NCBI GenBank assembly: GCA_964016885.1
Contig: OZ024761.1
Span: 10,726,001 to 10,790,000 of the forward strand
Direction: 5' to 3'
Length of the DNA stretch: 64,000 nt
DNA from: Eledone cirrhosa
Taxonomy: Eukaryota
The position numbers and the translations under genes are program-made. The notes beneath the pieces were generated by a model that searched no databases, was not told where the DNA came from, and saw nothing but the letters and a program-made list of their open reading frames with translations. This document shows positions 46,001 to 62,640 of this stretch, one piece after another. Within the stretch, counting starts at the first letter, position 1; the number at the start of each line of letters is the position of its first letter.

Positions 46001-47748
46001 ATTTAGAGGAGATAAATCTAAGAGGGGGGGGGGGGGACATGATAGAAATATATATTTAAAGGACTAATATTTAAATAGTAGTAGTACACTATTCCAATGT
46101 AAAGCCCTGAATAACTACATCTTTCGGGGAGATATATCAAACGAGTGACATGATAGAAATATTTAAAATAATGAAAAGACTACAATATACAGTATTGCAG
46201 AAGTAAATGTAAATATAAGAAGACATCACCATTGTACTGCAGATGAAAGACGGTACTCTTTACATTTATCCCAGGTATATAGAAAGCTATCCTGATGTCC
46301 ACTGATTGAAATATAAAACAAAGAAACACCACAATCCAGTAAACGTTAGTAATAATCCAATTTCCTCTCAGCCTCCATTTACAGTTGAAAATAGTAAGAG
46401 AAAAACAAAGTCACACTCAGAAGTTAATGCAGTGAAAACAATAAAAATATTATTAATAAATAATAATAATTTCATTTCATATTATCATTAAATTGTTTGT
46501 CTATTTTTATTGTAAACTTAAAATATACAAATATATACATAAATATATATATATATATATATATATTATTATTATATATATATACTTTCATACATATACA
46601 TCGATACATTCTGTGAGTATGTCTTACTTAAGCAAAAGTCAAGTAATTTGCGGGGAGGAACTAATTCGTTAAATTGATCCCAGTACATGACTGGTTCTAT
46701 AAGTTATCTGCTCCAAAATCATAAAATTATGGATTAATCTAAACACTGAGAACACAAAGGTCGGGTAAAATTATTGAAAACTTGAGGTTTTAATATTTTA
46801 TCTTTTATTTACAAATTATATGTCTTGGTGCCTTATTTAAGGATATAATGTAGTTATTGGTGGAAATAATATAATATGTGATGAAGAGGTGTATATAACT
46901 GTGCATATAGAATTGTTTTAATCATTATTTTTAACGGACGAAAAAACTACATAATGACTTCTAGTCGGAGCTACGGGAAATTACGGCGAAGACCCTCAAT
47001 GAAGGTTCAAATATTACGCACCGAACACATTATCGATATATAGGAATCAGGCTAAACAATTTACGGGCACGTCGCTCTAAGTTGGAATATTTTTCACACA
47101 CACAGACACGGGAGTTAGGTATGACATATTTCAAATAAGAGAACATTATTACAGACGGAGTCATTGTAGGTTCAAATCATTGTTAGACCGATCAGAAAGA
47201 AAATGGATATTTAATTCATGAAAAAACCTGAAGTGTGAAAGACAGAGTCGACCCTTTCTAGTAACAACACTAAGAAAGCCATGAACGCCACCACGTCCTA
47301 AATCTAACTCTGCGAACGTCATATCAAATCGAAATACTTCACCAACTGTGGAAGATGAAGGATTGAAGAACTATGATATATAGCTAAGAGGCTTGTCTCC
47401 AGAACATTTAGTAGGGTGTAAGCCAAGTACTCTTTTACCTGTTTCAGCCATCCGGCTGAGGCCATGCTGGGGCACCACCCTTGTTGCTACACATTTTATC
47501 TCCAGCCTGTATAGGTTGCCCACTGGTGTAAGAGGGAGTTTGTTGCTGCTGCCCTTAGGTTTCCCTCGTGTCTTGCTGTGGGCTCATCCGGGATCCTGGA
47601 TAACAAGGTGTCGAGATGTTTCTTGAAGACATCCACCTCCACGTCATGCAAATCTCTCATGTATATATATATATACATGTATATATATATACATGTATAT
47701 ATATATATATATACATGTATATATAACTATATATATATATATATATAT

Positions 47749-48294
47749 AGCATCACTCCTTCATAGGCTGACCAAGATACTCTCATGGAATGACCAAATG
47801 AGGTTTATTTTTCAACATGCAAGATTTCACAGCTCTAGCATCACTCCTTCATAGGCTGACCAAGATACTCTCATGGAATGACCAAATGAGGTTTATTTTT
47901 CAACATGCAAGATTTCACAGCCCTAGCATCACTCCTTCATAGGCTGACCAAGATACTCTCATGGAATGACCAAATGAGGTTTATTTTTCAACATGCAAGA
48001 TTGCACAGCTCTAGCATCACTCCTTCATAGGCTGACCAAGATACTCACATGGAATGACCAAATGGGGTTTATTTTTCCACATGCAAGATTGCACAGCCCT
48101 AGCATCACTCCTTCATAGGCTGACCAAGATACTCTCATGGAATGACCATATGAGGTTTATTTTTTAACATGCAAGATTGCATAGCTCTAGCATCAATCCT
48201 TCATAGGCTGACCAAGATACTGTCATGGAATGACCAAATGAGGTTTATTTTTCAACATGCAAGATTGCACAGCCCTAGCATCACTCTTTCATAG
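47749..48294. repeat. 88-bp tandem repeat, ~6.2 copies
   Basis: AGCATCACTCCTTCATAGGCTGACCAAG at 47749, 47837, ... Confidence 0.95.
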
Positions 48295-49369
48295 TGAGCC
48301 TATGAACTTTTAAGCCTACCTTATATGCAAACAATGTAAGTATATACAAATAAATACTAAGATTTCGGCTCGGGGAAATTTAAGGAACTGATGTCGCTAA
48401 ATCGCCAAATCATTTACCTGCCCCGTTGCATCATGGGAGGGTAATGGCTGCCTTTTATTTTTCGAAAACCATGTCAGTCTTTTTAATATCTTTCTCGCTA
48501 AAATGTTTTAATTATTTACTTATATGAAACAAGGAACAAGATGCTGCGAAAGAAACTAAAGAATCTGCCATCGTTTAAAAAATAAAAGGCAGCCATTACC
48601 ATAGTTAAATCGGTCAGGCATACCGAAAACGATAAATTGAAACAAAATGAAAACGAAATTTCATTTCTCACTCTTAGTATGGCACTTACTTAAATGTAAG
48701 TATGCATGTATACGTACATACATATATGTATACAGACGTACAGTAGCATGCACATATATATATATATATATACATATATACATACATATGCATACAGGTA
48801 CACATACATATATGCACGTATCAGTTTAGCGGCGCTAACGTCGCTTTGTTCGTTTGTAAACAAACTGAACAGCCTGAATTTATGCCATACGGTGTTAAGG
48901 CAACCACGTCACCTTTTTGTTCAACACTGACACAGGAACGATGTACTAGTTTCAAGCTTGTTAGCTATCATCAGCACCGTTTACCCATCTGCCAGATAGT
49001 TGAACGTTCGAAAGTATATACTTTCCTTATGAAAATTAACGGCTGAGCAGCCTAATTTGCATATTGAGTGAGTTAAATCGGTCAGGCATACCGAAAACGA
49101 TAAATTGAAACAAAATGAAAACGAAATTTCATTTCTCACTCTTAGTATGGCACTTACTTAAATGTAAGTATGCATGTATACGTACATACATATATGTATA
49201 CAGACGTACAGTAGCATGCACATATATATATATATATATACATATATACATACATATGCATACAGGTACACATACATATATGCACGTATCAGTTTAGGGG
49301 CGCTATTTCGTTTTCATTTTGTTTCAATTTATCGTTTTCGGTATGCCTGACCGATTTAACTCACTCAAT

Positions 49370-49417
49370 ATGCAAATTAGGCTGCTCAGCCGTTAATTTT
49401 CATAAGGAAAGTATATA
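49370..49417 (+). promoter_or_regulatory. Putative snRNA-type promoter block (octamer ATGCAAAT, TAATTTTCATA, TATA) in each R468 monomer; homolog at 59077-59124
   Basis: Motifs and spacing conserved between two otherwise diverged families, just upstream of the HHR stem. Confidence 0.45.
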
Positions 49418-49451
49418 CTTTCGAACGTTCAACTATCTGGCAGATGGGTAA

Positions 49452-49494
49452 ACGGTGCTGATGATAGCTAACAAGCTTGAAACTAGTACATCGT
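49452..49494 (+). ncRNA. Type I hammerhead (also 49920, 50390, 50858 +; 48938-48980 -)
   Basis: ACGGTG CTGATGA T AGCT-aaca-AGCT T GAAA CTAG TA CATCGT; outer stems CTGGCA/TGTCAG and GTTCAAC/GTTGAAC. Confidence 0.9.
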
Positions 49495-51203
49495 TCCTGT
49501 GTCAGTGTTGAACAAAAAGGTGACGTGGTTGCCTTAACACCGTATGGCATAAATTCAGGCTGTTCAGTTTGTTTACAAACGAACAAAGCGACGTTAGCGC
49601 CGCTAAACTGATACGTGCATATATGTATGTGTACCTGTATGCATATGTATGTATATATGTATATATATATATATATATGTGCATGCTACTGTACGTCTGT
49701 ATACATATATGTATGTACGTATACATGCATACTTACATTTAAGTAAGTGCCATACTAAGAGTGAGAAATGAAATTTCGTTTTCATTTTGTTTCAATTTAT
49801 CGTTTTCGGTATGCCTGACCGATTTAACTCACTCAATATGCAAATTAGGCTGCTCAGCCGTTAATTTTCATAAGGAAAGTATATACTTTCGAACGTTCAA
49901 CTATCTGGCAGATGGGTAAACGGTGCTGATGATAGCTAACAAGCTTGAAACTAGTACATCGTTCCTGTGTCAGTGTTGAACAAAAAGGTGACGTGGTTGC
50001 CTTAACACCGTATGGCATAAATTCAGGCTGTTCAGTTTGTTTACAAACGAACAAAGCGACGTTAGCGCCGCTAAACTGATACGTGCATATATGTATGTGT
50101 ACCTGTATGCATATGTATGTATATATGTATATATATATATATATATATGTGCATGCTACTGTACGTCTGTATACATATATGTATGTACGTATACATGCAT
50201 ACTTACATTTAAGTAAGTGCCATACTAAGAGTGAGAAATGAAATTTCGTTTTCATTTTGTTTCAATTTATCGTTTTCGGTATGCCTGACCGATTTAACTC
50301 ACTCAATATGCAAATTAGGCTGCTCAGCCGTTAATTTTCATAAGGAAAGTATATACTTTCGAACGTTCAACTATCTGGCAGATGGGTAAACGGTGCTGAT
50401 GATAGCTAACAAGCTTGAAACTAGTACATCGTTCCTGTGTCAGTGTTGAACAAAAAGGTGACGTGGTTGCCTTAACACCGTATGGCATAAATTCAGGCTG
50501 TTCAGTTTGTTTACAAACGAACAAAGCGACGTTAGCGCCGCTAAACTGATACGTGCATATATGTATGTGTACCTGTATGCATATGTATGTATATATGTAT
50601 ATATATATATATATATGTGCATGCTACTGTACGTCTGTATACATATATGTATGTACGTATACATGCATACTTACATTTAAGTAAGTGCCATACTAAGAGT
50701 GAGAAATGAAATTTCGTTTTCATTTTGTTTCAATTTATCGTTTTCGGTATGCCTGACCGATTTAACTCACTCAATATGCAAATTAGGCTGCTCAGCCGTT
50801 AATTTTCATAAGGAAAGTATATACTTTCGAACGTTCAACTATCTGGCAGATGGGTAAACGGTGCTGATGATAGCTAACAAGCTTGAAACTAGTACATCGT
50901 TCCTGTGTCAGTGTTGAACAAAAAGGTGACGTGGTTGCCTTAACACCGTATGGCATAAATTCAGGCTGTTCAGTTTGTTTACAAACGAACAAAGCGACGT
51001 TAGCGCCGCTAAACTGATACGTGCATATATGTATGTGTACCTGTATGCATATGTATGTATATATGTATATATATATATATATATGTGCATGCTACTGTAC
51101 GTCTGTATACATATATGTATGTACGTATACATGCATACTTACATTTAAGTAAGTGCCATACTAAGAGTGAGAAATGAAATTTCGTTTTCATTTTGTTTCA
51201 ATT

Positions 51204-51236
<33 letters not shown>

Positions 51237-51249
51237 ATATATATATATG

Positions 51250-51305
<56 letters not shown>

Positions 51306-51313
51306 TATATATG

Positions 51314-51420
<107 letters not shown>

Positions 51421-51441
51421 ATATATATATATATGTATATA

Positions 51442-51474
<33 letters not shown>

Positions 51475-51479
51475 ATATG

Positions 51480-51569
<90 letters not shown>

Positions 51570-51571
<2 letters not shown>

Positions 51572-52379
51572 AATAAAATATTTAAAAAATAATGAATAAA
51601 ACAATGAAACAGTTCCTTATATTAAACAAAAAAAGTTCATTATTTAACGATCGTTTCTAGGATATATATGTGTTAGAATTGGCATGCATATTCAACAGAT
51701 CTATGTACAAAATTATACAAAATTATACAAACTATCAAAATTAAATATACATACCAACACATATATATGCCGTCTTCAGAAATAATGAAATATATTTATT
51801 GATAATAACAACAATTCAAAATTACAGGTCTGTTTGGGAACAGAGTTCAAATTGACCAATGAAAACACAAAACGTTTATACAGTTAGGTGTGTGTATATA
51901 TGTAAGTAACTTCGTTCACAGATATGCATAAAAATATATATGTTCACATGCATACGCATGCCGAAAAGATGTATGTAAATACAAAAATTCAAGGCTAATG
52001 TCTCTGTATGTTTATAATCTACAGATAAAATACGTATACGCATATAAATATAAAAATAAATATATACACACATTCATATACTCACACATATACGTACATT
52101 CACACACACACGCGCGTATACGCATAGACATACACACAACCACGAACATACATTCACACACACACCCCCACACACATATATGTGTATATACTATTATCAT
52201 AAGCATATGGACATTAATGCGCGCACATAAACACTGCCACACATATTTAGATCCAGATACAGAAAGTAGGTGGGGGGGGGAGAGGTCAGTATTTAGCGGT
52301 GTCAGCAAGCTGCCTATTTATAAATGTATCTATAAATTTAGAAATAAAAAGAAAAAGAAAAAAGAAATATATTAAGAAA

Positions 52380-52385
<6 letters not shown>
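51570..52385. repeat. Non-coding block duplicated at 60502-61330
   Basis: Near-identical sequence (ORFs 51876/60818, 51998/60940). Confidence 0.92.
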
Positions 52386-54324
<1,939 letters not shown>

Positions 54325-56168
54325 TAACTTTGAATAACTTTGAAATGTTTTGGCCAGTATTGGCCCAGGCCATGTCTAACTTAATAGCACCACCTGGCGA
54401 AGTCTTTCAATTCAGGATTTGGGCACCATGGCCCATTCGAGAAGAGAATTACTGTTTGCGGAGACATATCCGGGTGTGGGTGGTTTGTCCGGGATTACTT
54501 GGAGGAATTTGTCCAAAGACTTCTTGAATTTTGAGTGGTCAGTTTCTGTTTTGACGTGTCCTGGTGTGATGTTGAAGAGAGCAGGGCCGATTGAAGTGAA
54601 ATAATTGTGCCGTATTGTTGTTATGAGTTGCGATTTAGATTTTTGAATGGGACGGATAGCACGGGGCCCAAGCCTTGGGTGTATCTTGAAGGCGATGCCA
54701 ACATCATTTGGGCAGTGATGATGGAACATTTTCCACATCATGCAGATAATATAACGCTCACGGCGACGTTGGAGTGAGTAAAGTTTCAGGTTTTCCAATC
54801 GACCCCAGTAGTCAAGGTCTGACATGCCATCTATCTTTTTCGTGATTGCCCTTTGAGGAGCTTCAAGTTTCATGATACTTTGTTTCGTGTGGGGAGACCA
54901 CAGTGGACAACAGTATTCAAGGTGTGGTCGGGCGAAAGTAGAGAAGAGAAGGATAATGGTGCGGGAATCTCTCGACTGGAAGGTTCTGAGGATCCAGGAA
55001 CACATTCTGCGGGCCATGTCAACTTTGCTGCTTATATGCGTGGTCCAGCTTATGTTGCTGTCCACGGTTACTCCCAAGTCTCTGATGTTGTTAGATGCCA
55101 CGAGAGTTTCCCCGGAGGGAAGGCAGTACGGGAGTTTCAGAGCATCCTCTTTTCCAAAGTGGATCAGTTCGAATTTGTCCTCGTTCAGTAACATGTTGTT
55201 CTTTTCTGCCCATTGGGTAACAGCCAGTAGGTCTGACTGAAGGCTTATCCGGTCATCCACGCCATTGATGACCTTTTGGAGCTTGGAATCATCAGCGAAA
55301 ATTTTAATGTTGCTGTGTTTGATGATGTCAGTGATGTCATTAATATAGATGATGAAGAGAAGTGGGCCCAACACAGTGCCTTGTTGGACTCCACTACTGA
55401 CTTTGGCTGGGCTTGATTTGACTCCCTCAACTACAACATGTTGGGTTCTGTTTGACAGGAAGCTCTTGATCCACTGCAGCAGCTTTCCAGTGACACCAAT
55501 ATTGGACAGCTTTCTCAGTAGAATGTTATGATCAACCCTGTCAAAGGCCTTGCTGAAATCAAGGTAGATAACATCAGTGTTGGAACCCTCTCCCAAGGCT
55601 CTCAAAATGTCATCAAAGTGATGCAGTAGTTGCGTCAGGCAATCCCTTCCATTACGGAATCCATGCTGGTTGGAGTTCAGCATATTGTTACTCTCAAGGA
55701 AGTGGGTCATTCGCGATCTCACCACTCGCTCAAATACCTTAATGATATGAGAGGTGAGTGAGATTGGACGGTAATTCACGGCAAGGGATTTGTTTCCCTT
55801 TTTGAAAACTGGGACAACAGACTGCTGGGACAACAGACTGGGATAGAAGGTTTTCTGGCACATATCCAGCATCTAGTGAGTTCCGCCACAGATTGGCAAG
55901 AGGAGAAGCAAGTTGGTGTTGACACTCCTTCAGGACACAAGCAGCGAACCTATCGGGACCTACTGCTGAATTATGCTTGATTTCCTTTATTGCCGCCAAG
56001 ACATCAGGGGCGCCAAACGTTATGTCCGATAAGGTGTAATGGGGAGTAACATCGCCGATACAGCCCAGATCGGCCATATCAGGATTGCTGAAAACAGAGC
56101 AGTATTGTTTCTGCAGTATCTCACCCATGGTTTTAGCATTGTCTTGAAGAGTGCCATTTTCATCAATT
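54325..56168 (-). mobile_element. CR1/L2-group LINE, 5'-truncated, RT domain to 3' end; 16-bp duplication frameshift at 55809-55840
   Basis: [52 protein letters not shown]. Confidence 0.92.
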
Positions 56169-56251
56169 ATATGTATATATATGTATATATATATGTATAT
56201 ATATGTATATATATGTATATATATGTATATATATGTATATATATATGTATA

Positions 56252-56294
<43 letters not shown>

Positions 56295-56351
56295 ATATAT
56301 ATGTATATATATGTATATATATATGTATATATATATATATGTATATATATG

Positions 56352-56386
<35 letters not shown>

Positions 56387-56509
56387 GTATATATATGTAT
56401 ATATATATATATGTATATATATGTATATATATATATATATGTATATATATGTATATATATATATATGTATATATATGTATATATATATATATGTATATGT
56501 ATATATATG

Positions 56510-56578
<69 letters not shown>

Positions 56579-56617
56579 GTATATGTATATATATATGTAT
56601 ATATATATATAGATATA

Positions 56618-56711
<94 letters not shown>

Positions 56712-57092
56712 CATTTAAATATATATACATTTATATATATATACATTTATATATATATATATTCACATAAACTCTTTTACCTGTTTCAGCCATCCGGCTG
56801 AGGCCATGCTGGGGCACCGCCCTTGTTGCTACACATTTTATCTCCAGCCTGTATAGGTTGCCCACTGGTGTAAGAGGGAGTTTGTTGCTGCTGCCCTTAG
56901 GTTTCCCTCGTGTCTTGCTGTGGGCTCATCCGGGATCCTGGATAACAAGGTGTCGAGATGTTTCTTGAAGACATCCACCTCCACGTCATGCAAATCTCTC
57001 ATGTATATATATATACATATATATATATACATGTATATATATATACATGTATATATATATACACATGTATATATAACTATATATATATATAT

Positions 57093-57726
57093 AGCATCAC
57101 TCCTTCATAGGCTGACCAAGATACTCTCATGGAATGACCAAATGAGGTTTATTTTTCAACATGCAAGATTGCACAGCTCTAGCATCAATCCTTCATAGGC
57201 TGACCAAGATACTCTCATGGAATGACCAAATGAGGTTTATTTTTCAACATGCAAGATTGCACAGCTCTAGCATCACTCCTTCATAGGCTGACCAAGATAC
57301 TCACATGGAATGACCAAATGAGGTTTATTTTTCAACATGCAAGATTTCACAGCTCTAGCATCACTCCTTCATAGGCTGACCTAGATACTCACATGGAATG
57401 ACCATATGAGGTTTATTTTTCAACATGAAAGATTGCACAGCTCTAGCATCAATCCTTCATAGGCTGACCAAGATACTCTCATGGAATGACCAAATGAGGT
57501 TTATTTTTCAACATGCAAGATTGCACAGCTCTAGCATCACTCCTTCATAGGCTGACCAAGATACTCTCATGGAATGACCATATGAGGTTTATTTTTTAAC
57601 ATGCAAGATTGCATAGCTCTAGCATCACTCTTTCATAGGCTGACCAAGATACTCTCATGGAATGACCAAATGAGGTTTATTTTTCAACATGCAAGATTGC
57701 ACAGCCCTAGCATCACTCTTTCATAG
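57093..57726. repeat. 88-bp tandem repeat, ~7.2 copies
   Basis: Same unit as 47749-48294. Confidence 0.95.
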
Positions 57727-57791
57727 TGAGCCTATGAACTTTTAAGCCTACCTTATATGCAAACAATGTAAGTATATACAAATAACTACTA

Positions 57792-58124
57792 AGATTTCGG
57801 CTCGGGGAAATTTAAGGAACTGATGTCGCTAAATCGCCAAATCATTTACCTGCCCCGTTGCATCATGGGAGGGTAATGTCTGCCTTTTATTTTCGAAAAC
57901 CATGGCAGTCTTTTTAATATCTTTCTCGCTAAAATGTTTTAATTATTTACTTATATGAAACAAGGAACAAGATGCTGCGAAAGAAACTAAAGAATCTGCC
58001 ATCGTTTAAAAAATAAAAGGCAGCCATTACCCCCCCCCCCCCCCCCCCATGAGGCAACGGGGGCAGGTAAATGATTTGGCGATTTAGCGACATCAGTTCC
58101 TTAAATTTCACCAGGACGAAATCT
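57792..58124. repeat. ~330-bp imperfect palindrome (truncated copy at 48360-48600)
   Basis: GAAATTTAAGGAACTGATGTCGCTAAATCGCCAAATCATTTACCTGCCCC and its reverse complement at ~58060-58110. Confidence 0.9.
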
Positions 58125-58278
58125 CAAGAACGATAACTCTGTGTTTACTTAATCGCAAAAATGGGTGCAAAAATTATTTCGAAACAACACTTGCTATGGA
58201 CGAAAACGAGAATATTAAAAGTATTTCGTGGATTTTTAATAGGTGAACACACCATTATATATATATATATATATATAC

Positions 58279-60504
<2,226 letters not shown>

Positions 60505-61341
60505 AATAAAATATTTAAAAAATAATGAATAAAACAATGAAACAGTTCCTTATATTAAACAAAAAAGTTCATTATTTAGCGATCGTTTCTAGGATATATA
60601 TTTGTTAGAATTGGCATGCATATTCAACAGATCTATGTACAAAATTATACAAAATTATACAAAACTATACAAACTATCAAAATTAAATATACATACCAAC
60701 ACATATATATGCCGTCTTCAGAAATAATGAAATATATTTATTGATAATAACAACAATTCAAAATTACAGGTCTGTTTGGGAACAGAGTTCAAATTGACCA
60801 ATGAAAACACAAAAAGTTCATACAGTTAGGTGTGTGTATATATGTAAGTAACTTCGTTCACAGATATGCATAAAAATATATATGTTCACATGCATACGCA
60901 TGCTGAAAAGATGTATGTAAATACAAAAATTCAAGGCTAATGTCTCTGTATGTTTATAATCTACAGATAAAATACGTATACGCATATAAATATAAAAATA
61001 AATATATACACACATTCATATACTCACACATATACGTACATTCACACACACACGCGCGTATACGCATAGACATACACACAACCACGAACATACATTCACA
61101 CACACACCCCCACACACATATATGTGTATATACAATTATCATAAGCATATGGACATTAATGCGCGCACATAAACACTGCCACACATATTTAGATCCAGAT
61201 ACAGAAAGTAGGTGGGGGGGGGGAGAGGTCAGTATTTAGCGGTGTCAGCAAGCTGCCTATTTATAAATGTATCTATAAATTTAGAAATAAAAAGAAAAAG
61301 AAAAAAGAAATATATTAAGAAAATATACATATATATATATA

Positions 61342-61927
61342 CATGTAAAGTTATATTTAAAATTGTTGGGTTACAACTAGTAAATATTTATAACTGATAT
61401 AAAAGCACTCGACAAATACTTGGAGTATATTTACAATATTAAATAAATGGAAAACTATATTTATAAAACCATATTTATTTCATTATATATATTTCGGGGA
61501 TATCATATTAACAATATGCTATGCCTTCATCAGACAAAATACAATATAAACAGTTTTATAGATAAATATATTCGACATACCGTAATAAACATCAACTTCA
61601 TTTGAAGAGGTTTACTCTAGCAGTGAAAATACAGAGAGAAAGAAAGAGAGAGAGAAAAGAGGGAAATAAGAAAGAAAGAGAGACAAAACGAAGAAAAGGA
61701 AGAAAAAGAAGAAAAAAAAAGAAGAAAAAGAAAAAGAAGAAATGCATGGGACAAAATAGAGAGATGGAAAAATAGATAAAGCGAAGAGCTTCATGTAAAG
61801 AGACAGAAAGAGATATATATATATAGAGAGAGAGAGAGAGGAAATAGAGATAGATACATATATAAATATAGATATAGAAAAATTAGGTAGTGGGAGGTCA
61901 TTTTGAGTAAGTGTATCAATGATGCAT

Positions 61928-61962
<35 letters not shown>

Positions 61963-62609
61963 GCTCAAGTATTAATGTAAGGGAGATATATAGAGAGATA
62001 TAGAGAGATATAGAGAGAAAAAATTTAAAAATAGCCAGACATATTCGAGGCGTAGAAAACCCTATGTTTTAATGTATTAGTATTTATAAAACTTACACTA
62101 TATTGTAAATATCAGTATTCATGAATGAAACAAGTATTCACAATGCGTGAAAATTCATTATCTTATGTTTAGTTTTTAAAAAAATTCATATGTCTATGTG
62201 AATCCAACTGATTCACTCCGCAAATTCAAAGTTACCGGAAAACATTCTCAATGTGGTATAAAAATTTGAGCGTATTATTATTCTTGCGATTACTCTACAA
62301 GATTATCTATCAAGCAGAAATAGAGAGCAGGTTTCAATATACTAATCGAAAATATATATTATATTATAAGCAGAGATAACAATAATAATGATAATAAGTA
62401 AAAATATATAAAAATATAAAAATATAGAATAGAAAACTAAAAAAGAATATTACGAAAGAATATTACATAATAAAAATATTGCATATTAAAAATACTACGT
62501 ATTAAAAATATTACGTATTAAAACTTTACATATAAAAATATTAAAAATAAAAATAAAATAAAATAAAAAATAAAAATATTATAGAATACTACAATACTAA
62601 AAGAATAAA

Positions 62610-62640
<31 letters not shown>

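Larger units (their letters stand above)
38390..47428. repeat. ~4.7-kb tandem duplication (38390-43088 / 43089-47428, second copy truncated)
   Basis: Matching ORFs offset by 4670-4699; scattered substitutions and indels. Confidence 0.95.
48603..51207. mobile_element. Retrozyme-like array R468a: ~1.5 units (-) at 48603-49305 and ~4 units (+) at 49305-51207
   Basis: Period 468-470 (ORFs 49386/49854/50324/50792). One HHR per unit. Ends in (TA)n. Confidence 0.9.

Noticed and set aside
47749-48294. CRISPR-like regular repeats (88-bp and 310-591-bp arrays)
   Set aside because: Whole units repeat with no unique spacers; eukaryotic context and no cas genes
51760-51790. CTGAAGA hammerhead half-core on the minus strand (also ~60715)
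   Set aside because: No downstream stem II/GAAA could be found
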